This document shows positions 43,911-52,453 of a DNA stretch of 64,000 bases, piece after piece. The notes beneath the pieces were generated by a model, which saw nothing but the letters and a program-made list of their open reading frames with translations, was not told the origin of the DNA and did not search any database. Position 1 is the stretch's first letter. Each line of letters starts with the position of its first letter. A program made the translations under genes and the position numbers. Origin of the DNA: a virus; IMG/VR virus record IMGVR_UViG_3300045988_103986, positions 56,029-120,028 of that record; one strand, 5' to 3'.

Positions 43911-44744
43911 TCACCCCTCTTCATATCTCCATTGATACCCTGCGACTGCTTTTCCGGTTTTACAGGATCTTATGATTCCCGTTTTGTTCGCTCCGGTCAT
44001 TTTCTCTGCTTCTCTGGCACTTTTAAATGTTTCACCTGTAGCAACGTTCACGACTCGTTTTACGCGTTTATGAAATGGGAGCGATTTGTCTGATTCAAAG
44101 TTTTCAAGGAATGCCCACCTATGGCCTCCGGCTGTGTAGCAGTTCTTTTTGTGTTGGCACACTTTTCGAATGGTCATGCTGGAAATGCCATGTTTCTTTG
44201 CCGCTTCGCCACAGGATGAATAGATTTCTCCGGTGTCCATGTTGATTATCGGTTTATTTTCCGGTGCAGTTTTCCTCGATTCATCTACGGCAAACGAATC
44301 TCTGTCTGCGAGAAAACACCAGTGTTTCCTTGCGACCTGTGCATATTCACCAGTACATGCCGCTTTCAGCATGTCTCGCTTCAGCCCCGTCTTTTTTGCT
44401 GCCTCATGCAGTGAGGGAAATATTTCTCCGGTCTCAATACAACATACAGGCTTATGCTGTTCGCCAGGAAGCTTGTTATATCCCTTTGATGGGTTCCGCG
44501 CATCCATTTCTTCAATGTATTTTCGTTCCAGTTCGTATGCTTCTGCTTGTGTCAGATTGCTGTCGAGTATTTCATGCCTTACATTTTCCCATCCGTAATA
44601 TTCACAAGCAGCGGTAAACTCTGGATTGGCCTTATAGAGTCTTCCGTTTCCCCACCTCGTCTCTGGCTTCTGTTGTGTTTGCCCAACATAGACCTTTCCG
44701 TCTGGGGTTATATGTCGATAGACGCAATAGTTTCTTTCTTCCAT
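43911..44744 (-). CDS. Free-standing GIY-YIG homing endonuclease with three C-terminal NUMOD-like DNA-binding repeats
   Basis: 'YCVYRHITPDGKVYVGQT..RW..G' is the GIY-YIG motif. Three repeats of the form 'V.C.ETGE.F.S..EAAKK.G......I...C.....TAGG..W' follow. Confidence 0.85.
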   Translation of the reverse strand: MEERNYCVYRHITPDGKVYVGQTQQKPETRWGNGRLYKANPEFTAACEYYGWENVRHEILDSNLTQAEAYELERKYIEEMDARNPSKGYNKLPGEQHKPVCCIETGEIFPSLHEAAKKTGLKRDMLKAACTGEYAQVARKHWCFLADRDSFAVDESRKTAPENKPIINMDTGEIYSSCGEAAKKHGISSMTIRKVCQHKKNCYTAGGHRWAFLENFESDKSLPFHKRVKRVVNVATGETFKSAREAEKMTGANKTGIIRSCKTGKAVAGYQWRYEEG

Positions 44745-44752
44745 ACCAAAAT

Positions 44753-44798
44753 CTCCTACACAGATTTTGTTAGAGCCGGTAATCTCACTGTGTAGGAG
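44753..44798 (-). promoter_or_regulatory. 11-bp hairpin that sequesters the homing-endonuclease RBS (also terminator-like)
   Basis: Minus strand reads CTCCTACACAG-N24-CTGTGTAGGAG then ATTTTGGT-ATG. The GGAG RBS lies in the 3' arm. Confidence 0.55.
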
Positions 44799-44839
44799 CG
44801 AGAAAAGGAAGCTACCCTCTGTCCCAGCTAATAACCTAT

Positions 44840-45790
44840 TTATTTTTCTTTCACTGGAGGCATCTTTACATAGCCGAACCCTTCATACGAGGTTTTCTCC
44901 ATCTCGTTCGGTTCTTCCGCAAACTCATGGAGATCATCTTTGATCCTTGCGCTGTCTGGGAGCGTTGAAAACTCCGGAAGCGAATCATTCATACGCGAAG
45001 TGTTGATAATTGCGAGAAGCATCTGCTCTGCAGCGTCTTTCGTATAAGAATACTTGGGTCTGCGGTGGAAAAGTAACTCAAATGCAGTGTCAGGGTCTAC
45101 CGGTTTACCGTTCTTCATTAAGCCAGCCTTTTCGAGCCGTTCAGTAATTCCGTCGATTCGGATTTCCTCTACTGGCTTGGCATCGCGCTTTCTGAGGTTA
45201 TCACTCGCTAAGTTTTCCTGAATGATGGCCGACAGCTTTCTTGCTGCATCGAATTTTCCAGCGTCAGAAGCATCGTTCATTTGCTTTGTCCATTTGGAGA
45301 CGTTGCGGAGAATGAGCTGCTGCTTTGCACTCAAAGCATCTTCTCCACCCAAATCTGACGCAAGGACAGTGTAAATCCTGTCAAACTCTGCATAGTCTTC
45401 ATTGGTGTATGGATGCTCGTCGTTTCCAGTCCCCCAGTCCTTCCGCTGCCTCACCGTGCCAGCTTTGGCTGACTGCGCATTCTTTTCAGCGTAAACAGCC
45501 TTCGTGAACTCGCCGTCTTTCAGGCCCTCGCCGAATATCTTCGTGATGTCGGTCAATCCATCGAGGAAGCCGTAACGCTCGCCGCTCTTGCTGGCATCCA
45601 GTTTCTTGATATGGAGGTTATCGAGGTACGAAAGCCACTTGTCGCGCCCTTCATCGCGCGGCACGCAGTCGCGCGCAAACGGAACATCATATTTGACGCA
45701 GCAATAGAAATACGCAAGGCTTTCTGAAGTCTTTTTTGCAAGCTGCACGTAGTATTCTTGTTGTTCCAGTTCGCTGACTTCTTCGCTCAT
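44840..45790 (-). CDS. Putative terminase small subunit (assigned by position only)
   Basis: ATG at 45790 with RBS GGAGGA. 316 aa. First gene after the late promoter and leader. Upstream of the homing endonuclease and terL. No recognised motif. Confidence 0.35.
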   Translation of the reverse strand: MSEEVSELEQQEYYVQLAKKTSESLAYFYCCVKYDVPFARDCVPRDEGRDKWLSYLDNLHIKKLDASKSGERYGFLDGLTDITKIFGEGLKDGEFTKAVYAEKNAQSAKAGTVRQRKDWGTGNDEHPYTNEDYAEFDRIYTVLASDLGGEDALSAKQQLILRNVSKWTKQMNDASDAGKFDAARKLSAIIQENLASDNLRKRDAKPVEEIRIDGITERLEKAGLMKNGKPVDPDTAFELLFHRRPKYSYTKDAAEQMLLAIINTSRMNDSLPEFSTLPDSARIKDDLHEFAEEPNEMEKTSYEGFGYVKMPPVKEK

Positions 45791-45809
45791 TTTTTCCTCC
45801 ACAAACGAC

Positions 45810-45860
45810 AAAAAGCGCTGGTTCGATACCTCTTCCAAAGGAAAAGCACCAAACCAGCGC
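45810..45860 (-). terminator. Leader terminator-like hairpin between the late promoter and the first late gene
   Basis: Minus strand reads GCGCTGGTT-N28-AACCAGCGC followed by TTTTTG. Lies 20 nt upstream of the RBS. Confidence 0.5.
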
Positions 45861-45886
45861 ATACATTTCTCTGTTTATTTTGCTTA

Positions 45887-45915
45887 ATTATACCATACAG
45901 TCAGCAAAAATGCAA
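45887..45915 (-). promoter_or_regulatory. Strong sigma-A-type promoter for the packaging/late operon
   Basis: Minus strand has TTGCAT (45915-45910), a 17-nt spacer ending TGg, then TATAAT (45892-45887), which is an extended -10. Confidence 0.6.
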
Positions 45916-45936
45916 GAGAAGTTGCAAAAGTTTGTT

Positions 45937-46176
45937 TTAGGCTGTTTCAAACGCGGCTAAAATGGCCTTTACTGTTTCATCGTCAAGCGTTCCTATCTCC
46001 CCCGGATTGACAGGTTCTGTGTTGTTATCCAAGGCATAATCGATGTGTATGAACTCCACGACATGATGTTGTGTCCCCGCTTCCCCTGCATCCATTCTGG
46101 ATGAAGCAATGGGGGTGCTACACTCAAACTTGCAATCAACAAGTTTGTTTACCGAAGGGGCTACTGTGTTTTTCAT
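45937..46176 (-). CDS. Hypothetical protein (79 aa), last early gene
   Basis: ORF with RBS AAAGGTGGAAAC upstream. Confidence 0.45.
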   Translation of the reverse strand: MKNTVAPSVNKLVDCKFECSTPIASSRMDAGEAGTQHHVVEFIHIDYALDNNTEPVNPGEIGTLDDETVKAILAAFETA

Positions 46177-46191
46177 TGTGTTTCCACCTTT

Positions 46192-46620
46192 CTATCCAAT
46201 GATGTTTTTTGTTGGGAGCTTTTTTGTTTTAACTCTTTCCATTGGGTTCACAACTTTGCTAACAAATTTTTCACCGTCCCATTGCTTAACCGCGTAAGGT
46301 TCAACTTTTAGTTGAGTCTCCGACACGGGAGAATCCAGAACAAAGTACCCACCACAGTATTCGCATTTAGATTCCCATGGTGAATGTGGTGCGCCGCAGT
46401 TTGGGCAAACCGTTCTATGAAGGCTCTGCGCGGTTTTATCCGATAGTCCCTTTATCGGATAAGCTTCGCCATCTAAAGTGAGTGTCCCAATCAGTTCGCC
46501 GATTTTCGCGTAAATCTTCTGTGGTGTTTCGTTCATTGCATCGTCGCGTTTCTTATTAAGTTCTCGGATGCGCCGTTCTGCGTTTGAGTAGAAGTCTTCA
46601 AATTTCTCGTCATCGTCCAT
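46192..46620 (-). CDS. Hypothetical Zn-ribbon protein (142 aa)
   Basis: CPNCG..CEYCG motif. Overlaps the upstream gene. Confidence 0.45.
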   Translation of the reverse strand: MDDDEKFEDFYSNAERRIRELNKKRDDAMNETPQKIYAKIGELIGTLTLDGEAYPIKGLSDKTAQSLHRTVCPNCGAPHSPWESKCEYCGGYFVLDSPVSETQLKVEPYAVKQWDGEKFVSKVVNPMERVKTKKLPTKNIIG

Positions 46621-47011
46621 GAACTTCTAACCTCCCCGCGATATACGACACGCGCAAAGCAGTTGCCGTCAGCACGCCGATCTTTTCGTGTTTGCTGTCA
46701 TTGCTCAGCACGTCTACCTCGAACGTGACATCATATGTCCCATCGCCATTCCACTTCTGAGAAACAAATCTGAACGGTGTTCCTTCCAGAATCTCCGCGA
46801 AGTTGACTCCCGGCCCGATTTCCTTCAAAAAATCAAGTCTTTCCATCATCGGCTCCGCCCAATCGGAGAATTGCCGCATATGCTCAAGCGCTTCGTCCGC
46901 CTGCCGTGCAAATTCTGACAGTTCCCATTCCCGTCGCTTGCTTTCAGCGTCCCTCTGACGTTCTTTCTGCTTCCATCTGGCATCACGCCACCTCTGGTCA
47001 TGCTTCGCCAT
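46610..47011 (-). CDS. Hypothetical protein (133 aa)
   Basis: ORF in the co-directional early operon. Confidence 0.45.
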   Translation of the reverse strand: MAKHDQRWRDARWKQKERQRDAESKRREWELSEFARQADEALEHMRQFSDWAEPMMERLDFLKEIGPGVNFAEILEGTPFRFVSQKWNGDGTYDVTFEVDVLSNDSKHEKIGVLTATALRVSYIAGRLEVHGR

Positions 47012-47297
47012 ACGGTTTCTCCATCCCGCCCGTCAGGATTTCAATCGCTTCTGGTGTTCCATACACGCATTCTGGGGGTCTGGTATCTTGAAATCGTCTC
47101 CAATCCGCAACGGCATTGGCTAATTTCTCGATATCATCATGCTTTACATCGCCCGGAAGTACAACAGCCATATATTCTTCTCCGCGCGCTTTCGCACGTT
47201 TTTGAATCTGTCGGATGCTCGTCTCGTCGATGCCAAACCCTTTTTTCACCTCATAGATGCCGCCGGTGAGTGTGTTGCACACGAAGACAGTTTTCAT
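46998..47297 (-). CDS. Hypothetical protein (99 aa)
   Basis: ATG at 47297 forms an ATGA overlap with the upstream stop. The longer track ORF is a spurious extension. Confidence 0.45.
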   Translation of the reverse strand: MKTVFVCNTLTGGIYEVKKGFGIDETSIRQIQKRAKARGEEYMAVVLPGDVKHDDIEKLANAVADWRRFQDTRPPECVYGTPEAIEILTGGMEKPYGEA

Positions 47298-47767
47298 TTC
47301 AAGGCTTCCTCCGTCCATGGTCCAATCTTCGTGAAGTCCTTGTAGGAATCCCCTTTGAATGCCTCGTAGCATCCGTATTCGAATTGGACCGTCGTGCCTG
47401 ATACGGTGTTCGTTGATATGACCACGCCGTATCCATGTTCTTTGTGATTTACGACCATTCCCGTCATAACATTCTCCCAGCAAAAAGGCCCCGGATTTTT
47501 CAAAAACTGCGCCCACGTCATCCCTTGTTTGTCTTCCACGCCCAGTTTCTCCCTCCTGAATTCCCCGATAAACTCGATTCCGGTGTTTTCTAGGTTCCAT
47601 CCGTTGTTGTACTTGAGATCCATGAATGTTCCTCCGCACATATCAGGGAAGAATATCTGCACCGATGGCTTGCAGATTCCCAGGACTTCTCCGATTCCGA
47701 GTTCCTTGTGCAAAACCTTGTCTCCATGATGGATTTTCTCAAACGAAAAGTCTTTAAGGTTTGCCAT
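47294..47767 (-). CDS. Hypothetical protein (157 aa)
   Basis: ATG at 47767 (MANLKDF..). Coupled to its neighbours. Confidence 0.45.
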   Translation of the reverse strand: MANLKDFSFEKIHHGDKVLHKELGIGEVLGICKPSVQIFFPDMCGGTFMDLKYNNGWNLENTGIEFIGEFRREKLGVEDKQGMTWAQFLKNPGPFCWENVMTGMVVNHKEHGYGVVISTNTVSGTTVQFEYGCYEAFKGDSYKDFTKIGPWTEEALK

Positions 47768-47774
47768 ATGCCCC

Positions 47775-48134
47775 TCACTTGTTATATGTCCCGAGCACAC
47801 CGCGTTCCGCTCGATCATCGGCGCGTTTCGCCATCCACATGAGGGCTTCTTCAATATGCGTGATTGCGCAGGCGTTCTCCCGCGTGGCAAATTCGCCCTT
47901 GTTGAAGGCCGTCAGCCTATCACGCACGATTTCCAAAAGGTCAGCATCTAAAACGCCATGACGCGCGTTCGGGTCGTTTCGTGCGCCTTTCTGAAATTTT
48001 ATCTGTGCAATCACACTTTTTCTGTCCACATCCATCACAGTGTAATCGTGATAGCCGCCTCCGGGTCCTTCGTTATCACTCCGAAGGATGGCGTGCGGGT
48101 TATTGTGCTTTTGAATCGTCGATAGCTTTACCAT
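47775..48134 (-). CDS. Conserved phage protein of unknown function (119 aa)
   Basis: The pattern 'FQKG..N.....GV.D.DLLEIVRDRL..F..GEF..REN..A..H.EEAL.W...R...R..RGV.G' looks familiar from many phages, but I cannot name the family. Confidence 0.5.
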   Translation of the reverse strand: MVKLSTIQKHNNPHAILRSDNEGPGGGYHDYTVMDVDRKSVIAQIKFQKGARNDPNARHGVLDADLLEIVRDRLTAFNKGEFATRENACAITHIEEALMWMAKRADDRAERGVLGTYNK

Positions 48135-48480
48135 ATTGTTCCTCCCATTTATCCAACGGTTCTTTCAGAATTTCCACTGATGCAAGTTCACCGTTTGCAA
48201 ACTCGCATCCGCAGTATCTGGTTGAAATTACGATTTCAGTAATATCGGGCCGTATGCTTTTCAGAAGTCCAACGGGATTGCCGTTGAACGTCACAAATGG
48301 CGCATTCTCTGGCCGATAGTCCTTAATTGGTACTTCCGGTGCGAGTTTCAGCATTCTCTTGAAACGGAGCAATTCATTGACATCCTCCGTGTCCGGCAGG
48401 CTTCCATCTTCTCGCCGTAGGGAGTCAAGTGCTTTGTTGATCCCTTCAATGATGTGCGTTGCATTAACGTATTTATCCAC
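48100..48480 (-). CDS. Hypothetical protein (126 aa, GTG start)
   Basis: GTG at 48480 with RBS GGAGGGTGAGC. N-terminus VDKYVNATHIIEGINKAL is paralogous to the upstream 56-aa ORF. Confidence 0.4.
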   Translation of the reverse strand: MDKYVNATHIIEGINKALDSLRREDGSLPDTEDVNELLRFKRMLKLAPEVPIKDYRPENAPFVTFNGNPVGLLKSIRPDITEIVISTRYCGCEFANGELASVEILKEPLDKWEEQYGKAIDDSKAQ

Positions 48481-48643
48481 GCTCACCCTCCGTTTTGGAC
48501 GCTTCTTCGAGCAGCCGTTTCGCATATTTCATCGACATTACAGCCAAAAGTTTCTCGATTCCTGCTGGTTCTTCGCGTTCCGCCCTCTCGATTGCACCTT
48601 CTAGTGTTACAATCAGTTTGGTCGCGTTTATGTACCTATCCAT
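48473..48643 (-). CDS. Small protein (56 aa)
   Basis: MDRYINATKLIVTLEGAIERAE... Below the ORF-track cutoff. Confidence 0.35.
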   Translation of the reverse strand: MDRYINATKLIVTLEGAIERAEREEPAGIEKLLAVMSMKYAKRLLEEASKTEGERG

Positions 48644-49041
48644 GTGCTGTCAATCTCCTTCCCGTCGAATACCGCAACAAGTGAAATGGGGCCGACTTCA
48701 ATTTTCTCAATTTGTAGCTTGTCGGTAACATTATCGGTTACAACAAACCTGCCGTCTTTATTTAGATCAATCGCGTTGTCATCATCCAGCATCGCAGCTA
48801 CGTCAATTTTTGCTTTGTACAATCGCCCTGGTAGCCCCTGTTTGAAGCAGACACGTCCGAGTGGGTCGCTGAATGTATTGACACCGTATCGGCATTTCAC
48901 TGTGAATGTCTGCCTATTTTCCGTCCGCTTGTAGTTTGACGCAATGCCCATGATGTATGGTCCAATGCTTTCCACCGGAAAGTCAAAGTTTTCTTTCGGT
49001 GGGAACCCAGCATACTGTTTAATTGCCTCGCGCAGTGTCAT
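48628..49041 (-). CDS. Hypothetical protein (137 aa)
   Basis: ORF with ATGA overlap to the upstream gene. Confidence 0.45.
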   Translation of the reverse strand: MTLREAIKQYAGFPPKENFDFPVESIGPYIMGIASNYKRTENRQTFTVKCRYGVNTFSDPLGRVCFKQGLPGRLYKAKIDVAAMLDDDNAIDLNKDGRFVVTDNVTDKLQIEKIEVGPISLVAVFDGKEIDSTWIGT

Positions 49042-49571
49042 TCAAATTCAAACCTTTCTTCCACACCAATGATCTTCGCCCCGCACTCGCAGAGCGGATA
49101 CCTTTGTTTCAGATTCCGTGCGTCGATATAGTTGAAGAACCATTTTTTCTGTCCACATTTCGAGCACGTCTTCCAATACCGCTGCACACCCGGCTTGCAC
49201 TCGTCCGTGACGATCCAGCTGGCCGTGCCCATCGGGTAGTCGATGTACCCCATCGCCCATCCACCTTCTCCGAAAACGACAATGCTACCGTCTTCGTCAT
49301 CCATGACAGCAGAAAAATGGACGCCGTATGCGCATGGGTTCACTTTCAGTTCCTTGTACCGGCTATTCTCGCTGATATCAGCCTGATTCATCGGCGCAAC
49401 TGCAGGTTCTTCATTGACAGTCTCATCATATGGTGGTTCTGACATTGCACGCACTTCCTCCATGAGAGCGTCGAATTGTTCCTGCGACATTGCCTTGATT
49501 TCATTGAAAACTGATTCCAGGTCCATCATTTCGTCCTCCCTGACAATTTTAGTGGCATCGTTCATGTTCAC
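49038..49571 (-). CDS. Hypothetical protein with C-terminal Zn-ribbon (177 aa)
   Basis: CSKCG..CECG motif. Acidic N-terminal half. Confidence 0.45.
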   Translation of the reverse strand: MNMNDATKIVREDEMMDLESVFNEIKAMSQEQFDALMEEVRAMSEPPYDETVNEEPAVAPMNQADISENSRYKELKVNPCAYGVHFSAVMDDEDGSIVVFGEGGWAMGYIDYPMGTASWIVTDECKPGVQRYWKTCSKCGQKKWFFNYIDARNLKQRYPLCECGAKIIGVEERFEFE

Positions 49572-49758
49572 GTTCTCTGTCCGCTACATCACTGACAGCG
49601 TCAATGCTTTTGAACTCGCCGCATTTGTACAGGCTATACACGATGCGTCGCCACTCGACTTCCGAAAAGCGCTCGCCTTTGTGCTTTTTGCACCGGTGCG
49701 GATAGAGATACCCCTTCTGGCATTCGTGGAATGCGCAGGTCGCACAGCAGTCAACCAT
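49549..49758 (-). CDS. Small Cys-rich protein
   Basis: MVDCCATCAFHECQKGYLYPHRCKKH.. The start was chosen by GGAG spacing and is uncertain. Confidence 0.4.
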   Translation of the reverse strand: MVDCCATCAFHECQKGYLYPHRCKKHKGERFSEVEWRRIVYSLYKCGEFKSIDAVSDVADREREHERCH

Positions 49759-49975
49759 CTTCGTCATCTCCAAAGCGCTCGTCATATTCTTCCGGCGTGA
49801 TGAACTGAATATCGTCGCCGGTATAGCCGGCTACGTCAAGGCACATCAGCTCTATCAGCGTATCTTTGTTGACACACTTGCACAGAGCTTCATACGGGAT
49901 CGTGTTTTCTGACTCGAAACTCATCTGCGCACCGAACTCCCCCCGGACGGTAAAACACACTCGATTTTCAATCAT
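49751..49975 (-). CDS. Small hypothetical protein (74 aa)
   Basis: ATG at 49975 with RBS AGGAGG. Confidence 0.4.
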   Translation of the reverse strand: MIENRVCFTVRGEFGAQMSFESENTIPYEALCKCVNKDTLIELMCLDVAGYTGDDIQFITPEEYDERFGDDEDG

Positions 49976-50174
49976 TTTCGTTCCTCCTATTCCAAGCTTT
50001 GATAGCTGCACGCTTCGTACCTTTTATCGGTCCACTTGCCCCGCAGTATGTACAGCGGCATTGATACATCAATTCTGGGTATATGTCTGCATTAAACTGG
50101 TGTATCTCATCAAGATACACTGGCCAATCCACAGAGCACTTGTGGCAAAATGGGCAGTTACTCGGTTGCTCCAT
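49968..50174 (-). CDS. Lar-family (restriction alleviation-like) Zn-ribbon protein, paralog 4
   Basis: N-terminal 'NCPFC' and C-terminal 'AIKAWNRR', the Lar-family signature. Confidence 0.55.
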   Translation of the reverse strand: MEQPSNCPFCHKCSVDWPVYLDEIHQFNADIYPELMYQCRCTYCGASGPIKGTKRAAIKAWNRRNEND

Positions 50175-50478
50175 CTACATACCTCTCATTCCACGCACGG
50201 ATAGCCGCTTCAACGTATGGTGCGAAAAGCTCCGTCTGCCTTTGGCATACTGGAGATTTCGCGTCATATGTCGGTCCCCATGCACAGCTATACGGATTAG
50301 GGTTAATCAACGGCTCCGTTCTGATAGGCTTGCCCCGGCTGGCGCACCGGTTGCAAATGATTTGTACGCGGTACACAATTTTCTTGTCGCCTCTGTAATT
50401 CTGACCTGCGAAGCGAGCATCCTTGAAACTCACCCGCCCGCGCCCGCCGCAGAACGGGCAACTACGAATTTGTTCCAT
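50158..50478 (-). CDS. Lar-family Zn-ribbon protein, paralog 3 (with insertion)
   Basis: 'SCPFCGG...CNRC...AIRAWNER'. RBS GGAGGT. Confidence 0.5.
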   Translation of the reverse strand: MEQIRSCPFCGGRGRVSFKDARFAGQNYRGDKKIVYRVQIICNRCASRGKPIRTEPLINPNPYSCAWGPTYDAKSPVCQRQTELFAPYVEAAIRAWNERYVDGATE

Positions 50479-50671
50479 CATCGTACCTCCGGTTCCACGC
50501 ATCCACGGTTTCGACGTATGGGTTAAGCGACCATTTGTGCTTAAACTTAAATGTCGTTTCGCACTTCTGGCATTTTACATCCAGCGTCATGACCTTTTTT
50601 CCATAGTTGCAGGTTCCACCCCGTTCCTCGACTTCTCCACCGCAGAACGGGCAGCCTTTAAGATCGTTCAT
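50462..50671 (-). CDS. Lar-family Zn-ribbon protein, paralog 2
   Basis: 'GCPFCGG...CQKC...VDAWNRR'. RBS AGGAGGG. Confidence 0.55.
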   Translation of the reverse strand: MNDLKGCPFCGGEVEERGGTCNYGKKVMTLDVKCQKCETTFKFKHKWSLNPYVETVDAWNRRYDDGTNS

Positions 50672-50852
50672 TTTCCCTCCTATTCCACACTTCCGCAGCT
50701 TCTTCCGGTGTGTCGAACCAGTTTGTGCATGGTTCGCATTTACACACGTCCCCGCGATTTTTACAGGCCACAAGGAATCGATTGTGCGTGTATGGTTCAC
50801 TTATCATCACGGCTTTCCCTCCGCAGAATGGGCAGCACTTGAGATCAGTCAT
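50658..50852 (-). CDS. Lar-family Zn-ribbon protein, paralog 1
   Basis: 'CCPFCGGKAV...EEAAEVWNRR'. Start at the internal ATG at 50852. Confidence 0.55.
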   Translation of the reverse strand: MTDLKCCPFCGGKAVMISEPYTHNRFLVACKNRGDVCKCEPCTNWFDTPEEAAEVWNRRENERS

Positions 50853-50908
50853 GTTCTTCCCTCGCTTTGCATGGCAAGAAGCACGTTTCGCAGGGCGGTA
50901 CGTCGCAC

Positions 50909-51499
50909 TCACCGCTTAGAATAAAAGGACATCCCTTTATTTTGCAGTTCATTTTTCCTCCAAACCTTCTTGGCTTCTTCCTGATTTAAGAACACTTTTG
51001 TTCCGAAATCTTCCTCTGTGAACTCCCAATGCGCGCCACCCCAATCATCATAGACACACGGCGCAACGACCTTCGCATACAACCCATCGGAAGCGCGGCA
51101 GATCATGATGCGTTTGCATTTTGTTTCCTCGATTCCACCCAAACTGTCTGTTGTCAGAACAAACAGTTTGTCGCCCGGTTTGCATGGAAGAGTAATGTTC
51201 ATGCCGGCTTTATCTGCTCTTACCAGATCACGGATACGTTCTATTGAGCTGATTTCCCCGCCGAATGCCATTTCAACGATGCTCTTAGCAGCGTCAGCTT
51301 GCCACGTTTCAAGGCCACTGTCCTCAAATTCAGCCAAACGTGCCCATACTGCTTCTTCCCACTTGCAGCCGTAAGCGCAGTTCCCGCCGACTTCGAGGCA
51401 TTCCTTGCTTTTGAAATGTGTGCAGCATACGCCGTTTTCGTGGCTTGTTTCACTGCTCCGTAATGTTAATCTCTCCAAAGTCCCCTCCCAGCACCTCAT
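50909..51499 (-). CDS. Hypothetical Cys-rich protein; start uncertain
   Basis: The convincing coding part is ..ENGVCCTHFKSKECLEVGGNCAYGCKWEEAVWARLAEFEDSGLE... There is no canonical start after the upstream stop; the nearest in-frame ATG is at 51499. Confidence 0.4.
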   Translation of the reverse strand: MRCWEGTLERLTLRSSETSHENGVCCTHFKSKECLEVGGNCAYGCKWEEAVWARLAEFEDSGLETWQADAAKSIVEMAFGGEISSIERIRDLVRADKAGMNITLPCKPGDKLFVLTTDSLGGIEETKCKRIMICRASDGLYAKVVAPCVYDDWGGAHWEFTEEDFGTKVFLNQEEAKKVWRKNELQNKGMSFYSKR

Positions 51500-52118
51500 G
51501 CCGTTCGATTTCCGCGTTGATGCAAAAGACATCGCTGTACGGATCTGCATCTTCATCCTCGCAGACCAAAAGTGTCTGCTCTGCCGTTCCGACGTGTTCT
51601 CTAACGATGTACCAGACGCCGAGATTTTTCTTGCAGTAACCGATGCGGATGATTGTTCCGTCGTTAAACCACAACCGCACATCCTTGTCGAAGCAGTCAA
51701 TACTACCATCATTGTAGTTGCTGTTTTCGATTTCGACCGTATCGTCGCTATAACCATAGATTGTTACCACTGGTTTGTTTCCCTCCCTTGTCCAGTTCGG
51801 ATTGCTGGATTCCACCTCATATGGGCCGACATTTCGGAACCTGTTCTGCAAATCGAGGTTAAACATATCCGACGGTGTTACTTCCACGACTTCGCTATCG
51901 CAGACCGTTTTCGCGTGCTGCTTGTCCTTGTCGTGGAATTTGAGGATGAAAGCGCCGGTGTCTGGCGCAATGCCCATTATTTCCACAGAGAAGTTACCCA
52001 ATACTCGGTAGAACTCGTCCTGATCGATTATCGACCGCAACACGTCCTTATGAAGTTCAAGTTGCAGATTATCGCAGATACGCGCACACATGAAATCTAC
52101 CACCACAGTAGCCCCCAT
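51450..52118 (-). CDS. Hypothetical protein (about 220 aa)
   Basis: ORF in the early operon. Start is either 52118 or 52091. Confidence 0.45.
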   Translation of the reverse strand: MGATVVVDFMCARICDNLQLELHKDVLRSIIDQDEFYRVLGNFSVEIMGIAPDTGAFILKFHDKDKQHAKTVCDSEVVEVTPSDMFNLDLQNRFRNVGPYEVESSNPNWTREGNKPVVTIYGYSDDTVEIENSNYNDGSIDCFDKDVRLWFNDGTIIRIGYCKKNLGVWYIVREHVGTAEQTLLVCEDEDADPYSDVFCINAEIERHEVLGGDFGEINITEQ

Positions 52119-52453
52119 TTCCTGTTTTCGTACATGTATGCCCCATCAATGTATCTCTCAATGAAACCATCCAGTTTGAGGGGAATATTGCTGCACAGCA
52201 ACGAAATCTCATCCAAGCAAAATACCTTGTGGTATTTTCCTGCCGGAAAGCTATCAGTTTCTTCCGGAATGGGGCCTTTAGCCGGATATACTACATCATG
52301 AGATTCGTCGGTGAAAATATATTCCAGCTCTCCACATTCCTTCGGTGTTATCTTCACAATGTCGCCGGTTTTATGTTCCGTCTCGCAGAAGTATGGCATC
52401 ACACTCCATTCGGATTCAAACGGTGGGAACGCTACAATTCTGACGTGTCTCAT
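52097..52453 (-). CDS. Hypothetical protein (118 aa)
   Basis: ATG at 52453 forms an ATGA overlap with the upstream stop. Confidence 0.4.
   Translation of the reverse strand: MRHVRIVAFPPFESEWSVMPYFCETEHKTGDIVKITPKECGELEYIFTDESHDVVYPAKGPIPEETDSFPAGKYHKVFCLDEISLLCSNIPLKLDGFIERYIDGAYMYENRKWGLLWW

Noticed and set aside
44840-45862. The N-terminal extension of the terS-like ORF (MRWFGAFPLEEVSNQRFLSFVEEK..) and similar upstream extensions of many track ORFs (46998-47639, 47294-47890, 50158-50502, 50462-50800, 50658-50912, 52097-52588, 52761-53204, 54772-55122, 55029-55439, 59668-60345, 60536-60892, 60916-61314, 62609-63796).
   Set aside because: The extensions cover hairpins or the preceding gene and lack an RBS. 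Internal starts have AGGAGG-type RBSs or ATGA/TGATG coupling.
51241-51453. A 70-aa ORF starting GTG in a GTGA overlap with the upstream stop.
   Set aside because: The translation is low-complexity Ala/Lys/Ser-rich. The alternative frame (50909-51499) encodes a convincing Cys-rich protein. This ORF is kept only as a caveat on that gene's start.
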